DNA of 46,880 nucleotides from Octopus bimaculoides. Lineage: Eukaryota. Each line of letters opens with the position of its first letter. The stretch's first letter is position 1. The position numbers were made by a program, and so were the translations under genes. Shown here one piece after another: positions 1-14,059 of this stretch. Under the pieces are notes generated by a model, which was not told where the DNA came from, searched no databases, and saw nothing but the letters and a program-made list of their open reading frames with translations. The DNA lies in contig NC_068982.1 in NCBI RefSeq assembly GCF_001194135.2, positions 124,649,560 to 124,696,439 on the forward strand. Reading direction: 5' to 3'.

Positions 1-800
1 GTATGTATGTATGTGTGTATGTATGTGTGTATGTATGTATGTGTATGTGCGCAAGTATGCATGCTTGTATGTATGTATGAATGTGTATGAATGTGTATGC
101 TTGTATGCATGTATGCATGTATGTATGTATGTATGTGTGTGAGTACGTATGTATTATATATATATATATATGTGTATGTATCTATGTATGTATGTGTCTG
201 TATGTATTATGTATATATGTGTGTATGTATGTATGTATGCATGCATATATGTATGTATGCGTGTATGTGTGTGTGTCTATATGTCTTTTAACTTTTACCT
301 GTTACTAGTTTCAGTCTTTGGACTGCGGCCATGCTGGAGCTACGCCTTGCAATGTTTATGTATGTATGTATGTATATCTTTTATATTTTACCTTTTACTC
401 GTTTCAGCCATTGGACTGCGGCCATGCAGGAGCACCACAAATAATTGTGCGTGATCAACATTTGTGTTGCCGAAGAGTAAAGGACATTACAGAAGGGTAA
501 TGTAAACAAGCATTGAGAGAAAGAGGTGGGAGAGGGAGAGAAAGAGAGAGAGAGTGTGTGTATGTGTGTATGCACATATATATCCATATGTATGATATGT
601 GTGTGTGTTTGTGCGTGCGTGTATGTGTGTGTGTATGCGTGTGTGCGTGCTTAAATAATACAGCTGGTATTCGAGTACTATTTTTCTCCACCTTGTTTTG
701 CATTTATGTGCTCACTTGTGTGTGTGTGTATATATGCACAATCATGCACATATAAAAGTATATACATATATGCGTGCATGACATGCTTGTGTCTGGGCGT
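1..800. repeat. Compound (TATG)n/(TG)n microsatellite field with two short SINE 3' fragments (about 290-350 and 385-437)
   Basis: Repeats are directly visible. The motif ttcagtc(a/t)ttggactgcggccatgc(t/a)ggagc occurs twice and matches the reverse complement of the 3' end of the SINE at 46481-46860. Confidence 0.85.
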
Positions 801-1279
801 GCGTATGTCTCTGCGGGCGCGACTGTGTGGTTCTCAAATCTCTCTCAATAACAAACTGTAATTTCTTCATATAAAGTCCTACATTAAAGAAGAACACGGA
901 AGCTGCAAGCATTTTTAGAAATACGCACGACTGTTCCGTAGTATTGATTTACATCAAATATCACCAGCTCAGATCTAAATAACTCTAAAACTACGAGACC
1001 TGTAGCACATATGAATTCAACATACAAACATTAAAACATATCGAATTTCTAGCGATGAACGCAATCACTTTGAGTCATAGTAATTTGTTTTGAGATCATT
1101 TATTTGAATTATTATTCCAAGTATGTGTATGCATTAAAATGTAATCATTCACATTTATCAATTTAAAACAGCAGAAGTATATGTATTTATATATTGAAAT
1201 GAAATAGCACCTCGGATTACATGTTTAAAACATAAGAACACAGAATTTTAATTTATTTTGCCTTTAAATTCCTTTGCAG

Positions 1280-1352
1280 ACATTCAAAAGCAAAAACTCT
1301 AATTAGAGTTTATATTGAACATTATGTTGAAACCAATGCTAATGACCAACAG
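1280..1352 (+). CDS. Candidate small internal exon (xHSKAKTLIRVYIEHYVETNANDQQ)
   Basis: Pyrimidine-rich acceptor cctttgcag, 73 nt open in one frame, weak donor cag|gtcatt. No supporting neighbouring exon identified. Confidence 0.2.
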
Positions 1353-1609
1353 GTCATTTTATCAAAACAGAAGGCCGTAACCTCTCGCTTGATTGTCATA
1401 TAAGCCACACAAACACAAAGACAGACAGACACAGACACACACATACACACACACATGCATGCATATATGTACATACACACATTCACATGCATATGAACCA
1501 ATCTTCGGTAAAATCTGTAATTTAATTTCATTGCAAATTATATTTTCACAGCGAGACTACTTATGCTTAATCAGTATGATTTGCAGATGCACTTTAATAC
1601 CTTCATACT

Positions 1610-1641
<32 letters not shown>

Positions 1642-2146
1642 TGTATGTATGTATGTATGTATGTGTGTGTGCGCGTGTGTGTGTGTGCATACGGTGCGTG
1701 TACGTGTGCGCGCGTGCGCGTGTATATGTCTCTTTGTATGTATGTATGTGTGCATAATATGTTGGTTGTAGTTCAGTGTAGCATTTCGAAATTTAAAGTT
1801 TCATATCCTAAGTTATCCTTTGGGAATCCTTATGGCAATCATCAGACGAAAATTTAGCGTTAGAACTCTGATGGTGCATTTTCAACTAATAACTTCGTTA
1901 AGGATTCCCCAAGGAAACTCAAACAAGAAACGTGAGTTCGCAAAATGCTAAGCCGAATGATAAACAGCATATTAGACGTTTACTCAACCCAGGTATTGAG
2001 TTCTATTTTTCTTTGTTCGTTGTATAAATTTTTCGACATACTTGCAAACTAATAATCATACGTACGTATATACATACACACACATGCACACATACCTACA
2101 TACATACATACATACATACATACATACATACATACATACCATATCA

Positions 2147-2180
<34 letters not shown>

Positions 2181-2419
2181 CATACATGCATACATATATG
2201 TATGAAGATACATGCATAACACAAAACATACAACTCTGCACATGCACTGACTCCAAATATTGCATATATATATACACATATATGCACAAATACTCCTTTG
2301 ATCTTCTCGAAATTCCAAAGAAGGTTTCTTGGATCTTGGTTAGAGACCGGCCCTTTCTCTATTGGCAAGAAACCTTAAAATAAAACTGAATAATGACATA
2401 CATGCAGTTTGGGCCAAAC

Positions 2420-2715
2420 AAGAAATATCATGTACCGTTATAGAGATCAGTTGTCTTGCTGATGTGAATATCTCTGAAAATCAAAGAGAAAGAGGTTAAC
2501 TATGGATAACTGCTTTGAAACCTCCAACTTCTATATCCAGATTATAAATTCACATTTATACCAATGATAATTGGGGCATATGGTTTTGTGAGTAAATTCC
2601 TAAGTGACAATCTGGATAAGCTAGGATTTTCAGAAACAAATCAACCAGCTAACTCACACATTACGAATATAATTTTTATGGGGAACAATTGAAATATGCA
2701 AGACTTATCTCAAGT
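2420..2715 (+). mobile_element. Degenerate 3' end of a non-LTR retrotransposon, restriction-like (REL) endonuclease domain, copy 1
   Basis: Frameshifted translation CTVIEISCLADVNI...LYPDYKFTFIPMIIGAYGFV...LDKLGF matches the REL C-terminus of R2/R4/NeSL-type elements. Confidence 0.75.
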
Positions 2716-2899
2716 ACATACATACCGTGGAATATTCCTATCAAAACTTCTGTCAAATGTAAACATAACAGGTCGGATATTGTTGTGTGTGTGTGTGCGT
2801 TTCTGTGTTTCTGTGTTTTTGTGTGAGTGTGTTTGTGTGTGCATGTGTGCATGTGCGTGTGTGTGTATGCAGATATAACTGTGACAGATCATATACGAG

Positions 2900-3270
2900 A
2901 GATGTTTACAAAAGAATTAGTATGCATGTGATGGAATATGATTTGTTACTATGTACCATCATAGAGATCAGTTGCCCTTCAGATATAAATATCTTGTTAA
3001 AAATCAAAGAAAAAGAGGATATCTATGGATAACCGCTTCGAAACCCCCATCTTCTATATCCAGACTATGAATTCATATTCATATCAATAATAATTGGAGC
3101 ACCAGGTTTGTTAGTAAATTATTAAAGGAGAATCTGGATAAACTGTGATTTCAGAAAGAGAAATCGACCGACAAATTCGTACATTACAAGTGAAATCTGT
3201 GAGTGGAACAGTAAAAATATGCAAGACTTTTCTCAAGTTCCAAATGTGAATTTGTCTGTGTTAACTACAT
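2900..3270 (+). mobile_element. Degenerate REL-endonuclease 3' end of a non-LTR retrotransposon, copy 2
   Basis: Translation CTIIEISCPSDINILLKIKEKEDIYG*...LYPDYEFIFISIIIGAPG...SVSGTVKICKTFLKF, homologous to the copy at 2420-2715. Confidence 0.8.
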
Positions 3271-3386
3271 CCAAATGATGGAGCCTTGTATCTTTGTTGG
3301 AAACCGGCTCCCTCCTCAGTGGAAGATTTATAATAATTAAAAAATAGAAGAGACATACATACAAACATACATACATACATACATAT

Positions 3387-3417
<31 letters not shown>

Positions 3418-3765
3418 CATACGTACAGACTGTATGTAATCAACTGCCTCAGCAACAATATTCAAAAATTAGGGTTCTCAGAACCATAAAGGATAAAGCT
3501 TATTAGAAGACTACAGGTGTAAGCTATCAATGAAAATGTCAACATATGTTAAATTGTTACACAAACACATATACACCTGTCTAGACATGCAAATAAATTT
3601 ATGAGTATACATGCATAAAACAAAACGTTTAGATCTGCACATGTTCTGAGTCCCAAGTACTTGCATTTATACACACATACATACAGTACTACTCTGTTGA
3701 TGCTGGAATTTCAATGAAGGAGATTCGACTCTGTCAGAAACCGTCTCTTTCTCCATTGGCAAGAA

Positions 3766-4050
<285 letters not shown>

Positions 4051-4845
4051 TAACCATGTATTTGTGGGTCTGTGGTATATGTAATTTCCACGGAGAGGAC
4101 AAGTTCAGATGAACTTTGGCAACTTAGAGCAAGGAACTCAAAGCAAGAAGCCTGAGAGTCAAGATATTTGCTCTATAATCTTGAGATCGGCAAATATATA
4201 TTTGTGTTTGTATCCGTATGAGTATTTGTATGTGGGTCTGTATGTATGTGCGTGTGTGTAAGATTATCGACTACACCAAGTGACAAACACTTTCACTATA
4301 TATTTGTTTTACATTGTGCACTTTCTATACTAAAGGGGCTCCATTTACTTTCACCAATAGAAATTCAGCTAGCATACACCCATATGTATGTGTGTGTATG
4401 TGTGTTCCACACTAACGGCTATACATAAAACTTATATTGGCACTCATACAATTCACTTCGTTCTAAGTGGCCTGACCAGAATGGCTGGCGATGGGTCTGT
4501 CAGTAGTGTCAAATGATACAGTAGGAATGAGACGACTCGTTGCAGGCTTCGAGTTGCACTTCTTCATTATTACTGTTTGTAAATTTGTCTCGATATAGCA
4601 ATGTATTTTTGGCTGCGAAGTTGTTGTGAAGATGGAACTTGTTTTCACGACGATACTTTGAATTAGCTCGGTTTTTCTGTTTAGAACGTCCGTTGTTTAA
4701 GTTAATATTTAAAATGTTTCTTCGCTCTCTGGTTACATGAATATTTTACTATTGATGTATAAGTGGGTGTGTACTAAATTAGCTCATAACATTCATATAT
4801 AAGTACTATTCACTCTGGTAGAGTGTGATCTATAAATATATCCCC

Positions 4846-4938
<93 letters not shown>

Positions 4939-5299
4939 CCACATGAGTGTATAATTTCTTTCTCTTTTTCATATAAATCAGGACAAATAAGGGACACCAA
5001 TGACCATTACAAGGATTTCGATATTGACGAGAGGGGAGGAAAAGTTAACCTTAGGACAATGTTCTGGCTGGAATTCTTGCAACAGAATGTACTCCACAAG
5101 AGAAGCACTACAGAACCTATAGTTGAAGGTCGTAACTAGGTGACGGATTATAGTACACAACGCTGTCAACCCATGCAAGGAAGTAGGAAACGAATCATTA
5201 AAAATGGTAATGAATCATAGTAACAAATCATATTCCATCTCATGCATACTAATTCTTTTGTAAACATCTCTCGTATATGATCTGTCACAGTTATATCTG

Positions 5300-5450
5300 C
5301 ATACACACACACGCACATGCACACATGCACACACAAACACACTCACACAAAAACACATAAACACAGAAACGCACACACACACACACTTGCATACACAAAC
5401 ACTCACACACACAAACGCACACACACACAAAGACAAACACACACAAGGAG

Positions 5451-5496
<46 letters not shown>

Positions 5497-6393
5497 CCAT
5501 GCATACCAAAGTTGCTGTCGCATTGGTTACTAAAATTGTGTGTTATGCCGTCATCCACCTCCAGGAATACACACACACACGCACACACGCACACATACAC
5601 GCACACACACACGTACACATGCACACACACATACACAAGCACTCACACACACGCACACACACACGTACACACACACGCACACGTACACACGCGTGCACAC
5701 ACACAAGTACACACATACACATACACATACACGTATAAATATGCGACGCCCCCCCATCCAAGATTGAAAACTTAATACTTTATAACATAGATCATTAATT
5801 TTTTCTATTCCTAAATTGCTTCTACACTTGTCACATTCCAGTAAAATTAATTTTATAAGTATCGGAAACTATCGTTTGGTTTTGTATAAGCATATATAAA
5901 GGAAATGCTTATACTGTATATACACGCCCAGACACGCACACACATACTTGTATATACTGGCACAAACACGTGAATATATGTGTGTGTATGTGCGCGTGTC
6001 AGAGTGTGTGTATGTGTTTATATATATATAAGTGAAAGTGAAAACAGAGAAAGAGGGAGAGAGAGAGAGAGAGAGAGAGAGNNNNNNNNNNNNNNNNNNN
6101 NNNNNNNNNNNNNNNNNNNNNNNNNNNNNNNNNNNNNNNNNNNNNNNNNNNNNNNNNNNNNNNNNNNNNNNNNNNNNNNNNTATATATATATACATATAA
6201 ATATATATATACATATATATATTCATATACATACATATATACATACACATACATATATATGTATATATATATATATATGTATACATATATACACATATAT
6301 ATACATATATATACATATATACACATAATACATATAAATACACATACATACATATACATACACATACATACATATACATACACATACATACAT

Positions 6394-6434
<41 letters not shown>

Positions 6435-6700
6435 NNNNNNNNNNAAATATATATAAACATACACATATGTACACATATATACACAGACACATATACACAC
6501 AAACACATACACAGATACATACCTATACACACATACATATATAGACATACATACACACATATATATATATGGACACATACACATATACATAGACACATAC
6601 ACAAACACATCTATATACACACATGTACACACTCAAATACACACACACACGCACATACACACACACACACGCATATACACACATTTATACACATATGTAT
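5300..6700. repeat. (CA)n/(TACA)n/(GA)n microsatellite field with gaps
   Basis: Directly visible. Confidence 0.9.
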
Positions 6701-7779
6701 ACCTGAACTCACGGGTAGATACATAAACGGGGTGTGAACGCTTGCATATAGAAACCAAGAGTTTATTTGCGAAACAAACCCCTTTACACAGTTTGAAAAT
6801 ATAAACAACAGCATTACTTGGAGATACGCGCTGGTAAAGAATATACGTACAAGCGGTGAATAAACAGGGATGTATATTTGTGTATATATTAAGCATTGTG
6901 TGCGTGTGTGTGTATGTATATAATCATTTTTCATGAAGACAAAATTGTTAATTTCGAGTAGCGCTTAACAAGTAGCTAGCTAGCTAGCAAGCGAAGCAAT
7001 TTGTTCAGAGCCAATACACTCGAGCACATCACGTAGGCACTATCAATATTCAGAAAATATACACAGTGAAGGAAAACAAAACACTTAACTCACAATAGGA
7101 GAAACATTATGCTGAATATCCACCATGTAGATAGTGAAGATTTATGGGTGAACAGGGAATCGTCTCATAATGTATGTAAATAATACTCCGCTACGTTAAA
7201 CCGCGAGATTTATGTAGTGTTTGTGTTTATATAAATATATTGGCAGAAATGATGTCAATAAACAGAAATAAAGGCTTCTGCCGATGTATAATAGGTGATA
7301 AAGAGTAAATGAGATTTAGTATCATTCATGCTTTTTCTTCAACCTCAACTCTCCTTCGTTGGTAAAAATTACCTGTCGTTAATTTCATCATTGAATGAAG
7401 GGATGAAGAATATGAAATCTACTGACATCAGAAGGAGGTTAAAAAAAAAACAAAATAATAATTCGCTCATGCATACATCATCAAGTGGGGGCAGCGAATA
7501 GAATCTAAGAAACATTGCCAGAGAGTAAATAAACATTGGTAAGAAACACCGAAAGGGAGACTAGGAAGGGGGTGGGGGAGAGAAGAAAGATTAAGAAGAA
7601 ACCGTTTGGATTAGCGAAGTTTAAAAGCAATAATGGCCAGAACTACGTTTCGAAGGAGATAGAATACATGGACTACATAAGAGGTTTAATATTTCATCTA
7701 ATATCCAACAATAAATATATGTTCCTTCTTATTCTTTTACTTGTTTCTGTTATTTGACTGAGGTCATGCTGCAACACAT

Positions 7780-9670
7780 TCTCACACACACACATATATA
7801 CATATATATATACACACACACATACATATACACACACATATACGCACACATACACATACATGCACACACACACATATATATATATACACATACATATATA
7901 CACACATACATATAAATACACATTTGCACACACACATATACTTACATATATACACATACATACATACACAAATGCATATATATATACATACAAATGCATA
8001 TATAAATATACACACAAACGCAAAAATATATACACACATATACTTACATATATACACACGCATATATACATACACAAATGCATACATAAATATACACACA
8101 AACAAATATATATACACATGTATATACACACACAAACACGTATATACATACATACACATATATGTACATATATATACATACACACATATATACACACACA
8201 TATACATATATACACATACATGTATATATACATACACACATATACATATACACATATATATACACACACATATACACATACATGTATATATACATACACA
8301 CATACATATATACACACATGCATACATATATACACACACATATATACACACATACATACACACAAACCCACATATATATATTTACACACATGTATACACA
8401 TACATATNNNNNNNNNNNNNNNNNNNNNNNNNNNNNNNNNNNNNNNNNNNNNNNNNNNNNNNNNNNNNNNNNNNNNNNNNNNNNNNNNNNNNNNNNNNNN
8501 NNNNNNNNNNNNNNNNNNNNNNNNNNNNNNNNNNNNNNNNNNNNNNNNNNNNNNNNNNNNNNNNNNNNNNNNNNNNNNNNNNNNNNNNNNNNNNNNNNNN
8601 NNNNNNNNNNNNNNNNNNNNNNNNNNNNNNNNNNNNNNNNNNNNNNNNNNNNNNNNNNNNNNNNNNNNNNNNNNNNNNNNNNNNNNNNNNNNNNNNNNNN
8701 NNNNNNNNNNNNNNNNNNNNNNNNNNNNNNNNNNNNNNNNNNNNNNNNNNNNNNNNNNNNNNNNNNNNNNNNNNNNNNNNNNNNNNNNNNNNNNNNNNNN
8801 NNNNNNNNNNNNNNNNNNNNNNNNNNNNNNNNNNNNNNNNNNNNNNNNNNNNNNNNNNNNNNNNNNNNNNNNNNNNNNNNNNNNNNNNNNNNNNNNNNNN
8901 NNNNNNNNNNNNNNNNNNNNNNNNNNNNNNNNNNNNNNNNNNNNNNNNNNNNNNNNNNNNNNNNNNNNNNNNNNNNNNNNNNNNNNNNNNNNNNNNNNNN
9001 NNNNNNNNNNNNNNNNNNNNNNNNNNNNNNNNNNNNNNNNNNNNNNNNNNNNNNNNNNNNNNNNNNNNNNNNNNNNNNNNNNNNNNNNNNNNNNNNNNNN
9101 NNNNNNNNNNNNNNNNNNNNNNNNNNNNNNNNNNNNNNNNNNNNNNNNNNNNNNNNNNNNNNNNNNNNNNNNNNNNNNNNNNNNNNNNNNNNNNNNNNNN
9201 NNNNNNNNNNNNNNNNNNNNNNNNNNNNNNNNNNNNNNNNNNNNNNNNNNNNNAATATATACACACATATACTTACATATATACACACGCATATATACAT
9301 ACACAAATGCATACATAAATATACACACAAACAAATATATATACACATGTATATACACACACAAACACGTATATACATACATACACATATGTACATATAT
9401 ATACATACACACATATATACACACACATATACATATATACACATACATGTATATATACATACACACATATACATATACACATATATATACACACACATAT
9501 ACACATACATGTATATATACATACACACATACATATATACACACATGCATACATATATACACACACATATATACACACATACATACACACAAACCCACAT
9601 ATATATATTTACACACATGTATACACATACATATGCACACACACACATATTTATATATATACACGTATGT
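7780..9670. repeat. (CATA/CA/TA)n low-complexity field flanking an N-gap of about 850 nt
   Basis: Directly visible. It is the source of the long HTYI and MCVY pseudo-ORFs. Confidence 0.95.
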
Positions 9671-9701
9671 ACAGAAACAGTCATATATATAGATATGCAC
9701 T

Positions 9702-9850
9702 TTCTGAGTTCAAATTCCACTAAGGTCAACTGTGCCTTTCACCCTTTCAGGGTCGATAAAGTATGTATCAGTTGAGTACTGGGGATGATATAACCGACTT
9801 ACCCCTTCCCCATAAAACTGCTGGCCCTGTGCCAAAATTTGAAACAATTA
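9702..9850 (+). mobile_element. SINE family 2 fragment (5'-truncated)
   Basis: ttctgagttcaaattcc...ttgcctttca.cctttc.gggtcgataaa motif shared with copies at 17250, 25860, 33608, 39040, 39430 and 40935. Confidence 0.85.
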
Positions 9851-10124
9851 TACTTTGATTAGAGAATTACTATTTCTAAATCTCACAACGAGAGATATTC
9901 AGCAACAATACTTTGGAGTACCTTGTTCGAAAATATAAGGACACAGATCGTGTTGTATAGCCAGCTGGAGACGATGTCTCCTGGGGTTAAATTACAGCAA
10001 CATTCATCCTAAACCAGACTGCCATGTTATGTTGGCAAACAATCTTTACTCCAATTATACTTTGAGCTTAACTAAAATGCTGGCTAAGAATAAAGTGTAG
10101 CTTATAAATTGTTAAAATATATTT

Positions 10125-10352
10125 ACAGAGATGTACTTGCATAGCAAATGACCTGATCGTGTGCTGGAACGAAAACAATTGAAGCGTGGAAGATGTTTAT
10201 AAGCCATTTAAAATAACACACAAAGACCGTTAGATTCACTTCAACATTTAAATTTAATTTGTCAAAATATTTTCGTCGTTTTGAGACTGCGACCTGTTCG
10301 CACAGAATTTTGTGTGTTATTTTAAATGACTTATAAACACCTTCCATGCTGC
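10125..10352. mobile_element. Insertion with internal inverted repeat, flanked by 18-bp direct repeats
   Basis: aattgttaaaatatattt at 10107-10124 and 10353-10370. Segment 10174-10225 is inverted at about 10309-10360. Confidence 0.7.
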
Positions 10353-10469
10353 AATTGTTAAAATATATTTGTGCTTCCATAAAGGTGAAATTAGAGGCCA
10401 TATCCTGAAATCCCATAACTTGAGGTAAATGTAACATGGGAGATGCTCTGAATAAAAATTCAACTGCTA

Positions 10470-10860
10470 ACAATGTTTCATCAACTTCAAAAAGTATTTG
10501 ACGCTTAATTGTGAAATGAGACCTAGAAGATTCTATTTCAGTTTGGTTGTCATTTCCATTTCATATCACTTATTTCACCCCTTCATGAGAATACGAACAC
10601 ATATTTCAATGGAGCACCCTCAGACACCAATTTTAGTTGCAAATGATGTAAAAGAAGGCTACATTCTTGCACCACAGTTTTTAAAAAATCTATTTTGCAG
10701 AAGTTTTAATAATTACTTTTAAAAAATGTAGCTGACTCTATACTAGTAGCTAACCCAATAACACACACTGAATGTGAGATGCAGGACCCAATGGACAGCT
10801 TCTCCAAAACTTTTATGCATTGCTCTCATTGTTTACCAAATTTTTAGATATTGCATAACT
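10470..10860 (+). mobile_element. RTE-clade LINE reverse-transcriptase remnant
   Basis: Frameshifted motifs FINFKKVFD, KILFQFGC, NGAPSD..VANDVKEGYILAP (equivalent to GVKQGCVLAP), AD.ILVA and QD.MDSFSK. Confidence 0.65.
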
Positions 10861-11049
10861 TGTAATGCTTTTCTACACAGATTTTCTGTTTATACTATCA
10901 AAATCATTCTGTAAAATTATAAAGTTAATGGCTACAGTTGATTTGTATTCAATAGCGTTTTCAATTATGAATTTGCAATGCAAAAATAATGTCAATGTAT
11001 GATCTCTTCGAAAAAAAGAAATCCAGATTGTTGATGTCTTAAAATTATG

Positions 11050-12360
11050 TTGCCTTATTTTGTTTAAAACACTGAAAGCAACTTGTTGGTCACCACAAAC
11101 AAGGAGATTCCTCACTAATTTCACCAATTGCTAAGATCACCTTTCTTTGACAGTTTCACTATGACCACTGTTTCTTCAAGTTACAAAGGTTGTCTATGAC
11201 TTCCTCAGCACATTTAGCAAGTTTACTAAGGTGTCCATCAGTACCTGAAACTATGTTAGTTTTCATTGATTGTGAAATTCCTCCAATATGATTTCATCAA
11301 CATCTTCATCAAGATCCCTTAATTAACACCATCTATCAAAAGCTCATCAAGTTCACAGTGATTTAGAACTCCTCTGAAATGTCCTCCCCCACCCTTTGTT
11401 TCCCTCCTCTTCAGTCACTTTACCATTCTTACTTTTTACACTCGTCCTTTCACTGATGCTCCCATGTCCTAACAATTACTTCTCTATCCTCTGTACAATC
11501 CTTCAATCATTTCTTGAAGTGCTATTTTCTGTATTTTTTGCATGACCTTTAACCAATCTTTACAGCATAATTATTTTTTAAAACCTCTCTGTCCAGTCTT
11601 TATACTTCCAGGTCTCTGGAGATATCCACTACTCATTATGTTTTCCTCTCTTTTCTAACTATTTTTGGATGCTTCAATTGTAACGACTTTCAATTTACTC
11701 CAGTATTGATCCGTACTTGTATCTGCATTTAATGCGGTATATCAATTCTTGTGGCCTAGCTGGTATGATTATGTCATGTACTTTCATTTAGTTTGTTGAT
11801 ATTAAAAAGGTTTTCGGGTTTTTAAAGATTAAAAAACATATTTGGTAGGTTTCATGCTGATAACTACCTTTACCATGTAATGATATGAATCAATATCTGC
11901 TTCTCTGAAGACATGAATGTCAAACAAATTAATTTTCCATCACCTACTAATACAAATGAATTCAATTTCATTCTCACTGCCATCACTGGAAGATGTGCTG
12001 TCTTTCTTATGCATCAACTTATGATGATAAACGCTTTAATCATTTAGAGATCATACTTAGCAAAGATTCCACAAGTTTATTTGTTACCCCTTAACTTTTT
12101 TAATGACAATGGGCTGACTATTCATCTCTCCTGCCCTAGCTTAGCATTAAAGTCACCGGTAAGAATTACAATGTCATTATTTCCTCTAATGTTGATATTT
12201 TCTTTCATCTTCAGGATTCTTTTTTGGCAAAGACTTATAACTTGTATAATGATTCTGTTGGATATAAATCCCCCAATCAATAATGATTTTAAAATTCCTT
12301 TGACTAAATCTCCACAAACTAAAGCTTTTTCCCCACCCCAATCCGAGTTATAACCTGTTG
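11050..12360 (-). mobile_element. RTE-clade LINE remnant: APE endonuclease plus start of RT
   Basis: Minus-strand translations DIVILTGDFNAKLG (APE motif), NEIEFICIS...DIHVFREADIDSYH (equivalent to NQIDHI...RGADIGSDH) and IVKLSKKGDLSN, with many stops. Confidence 0.8.
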
Positions 12361-12477
12361 CAGCTTCTTTCCTTCACTCATACCTATCTATCCATTTTCC
12401 TAACTACCTTGTCATGATTCATTGCCTGCACAGAGGTTTATATGTATGTATACATACATACACACACACACAAGTGT

Positions 12478-13780
12478 GAGTAAAGATATGAAGGCAAGGA
12501 AAGCAGCTGGTTCTTGAGGGATAGTCTCTGAGATACAGAAAATATCTGATGATGTAGGTCACATGTTAGGTACTTACATAATCCATCAAATAGTTCAGGG
12601 AAGCATCATACCCACAATTAGTGTAGTAATATCTTTATCAACTGTTACACATCCAAAAATGAGGCTCTAGAAGCATCAAATTGATGAACTAGCTTACAAA
12701 AGTAATGGAGAAAAAAAAATTATAGCATAACTGATTAAGAAAAGAATTAGTTTAGATGAGATACAATTCAGGTTTGTGCCAAGATGATGTACAACTAATG
12801 TCCTTGTCTTAATGAGATAACAACAGTTCTTTTCTGAATGTAAGCTGCTAGGCCCAAGATGCATAGACCTGGAGAAGGCCTCTGATAGCTCCACACACTA
12901 TAGTCAGTGTAGAGAAATGGTTTGTGAGAGCTGTGCAAGCAATGCTCACAGATGCCATTAGTAAAGTACAAGCCAGCAATGAGTTCAGTCACAAATTTAG
13001 CATGCATATTGGTGTCCATCAAGATTCAGTTCTCAGCACTCTGTTTATCATAGATGTTCCAAGTCATAATAGAAACTGCTTGCCTCTGGAAACTCATATA
13101 TGTTAATAACCAACTCCTCGTGGCTGAAACTGCCAAAGGCTTAGGGAAGAAACTTCAAATATGGAAGAAAAACTTTGAAATGCGAGTAAAACTAGCAAAG
13201 GTTTGATATGCAGAAAAGAGCGAGGAAATCAATACTGTGTAATCTATGTAAGCTATAGATGCAAGAGGTGTAATGTGATCAAAGGATGCTGACAGAGAAG
13301 GTAGATTTATATACTGCAGACACAGAGGAGTAGCTAGCAGGAAAAGTTTCAATGAAACAAATTATTTCAAATGCCCAGATGTCTGCCTAATAGTTGACAG
13401 TGTAACTCCACTGATAATTAATAACAGTGGCTGAGAATGTAATAACCAGAAGAACAGGGTAAAAAAAAAGTTCAAGGAGCTATGACCTTTACTGGCAAAA
13501 AGGGGATTCTCTAACTGAATGAAGGACAGATTCTATGATGCTTGCGTAACAAGTGTGATACTGTAGAGTTACAAGAGATGAACACTGAATGTGAAGGATT
13601 TGTAAAGGCTAGAGAAAAAAATGACATGTATGTTCCAAAATCTGTCAGCATGTAAGAATACTGGAGCACAAATGAACTGAAAGAAGACTGTATCCTCTAC
13701 TGGAGAAGCACCACCTAAAGTAAGCAAGCATGAAAGGGTGGGTGCAAAAAGTGATGAAGATAAAAGCATCAAATATTGAT
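12478..13780 (+). mobile_element. RTE/BovB-like LINE RT remnant
   Basis: KDMKARKAAG, DEIQFRFVP, DLEKASD, KWFVRAVQAM, IGVHQDSVLSTLFII and LWKLIYVNN (equivalent to PWELLYADD), all degenerate. Confidence 0.85.
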
Positions 13781-14059
13781 GTTCATACACACACTTGTTA
13801 ACATGCACTCATAGAACTAGACACTGATGTGCAACATGTAAGCAGATAACTATTATATACACATACACAGAGCAAGTGTTATGCACTCATGAAACACACA
13901 CACACATATCTGTGTGTGTATGTGTGTGTGTAAAGCCACACCTCTACATATACATATTATGCACACACATTTGAAAGCAATTACTCCAAATAAAATCAGC
14001 CAGTGATGAGTCATTAAACTAATGCCAACATGGTAAAACAAATGTGATGACGATAATGA

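Noticed and set aside
8025-9634. About 380 bp near-identical on both sides of the gap (8025-8407 and 9254-9634)
   Set aside because: Most likely overlapping contig ends that were not merged, i.e. an assembly artefact rather than a real duplication.
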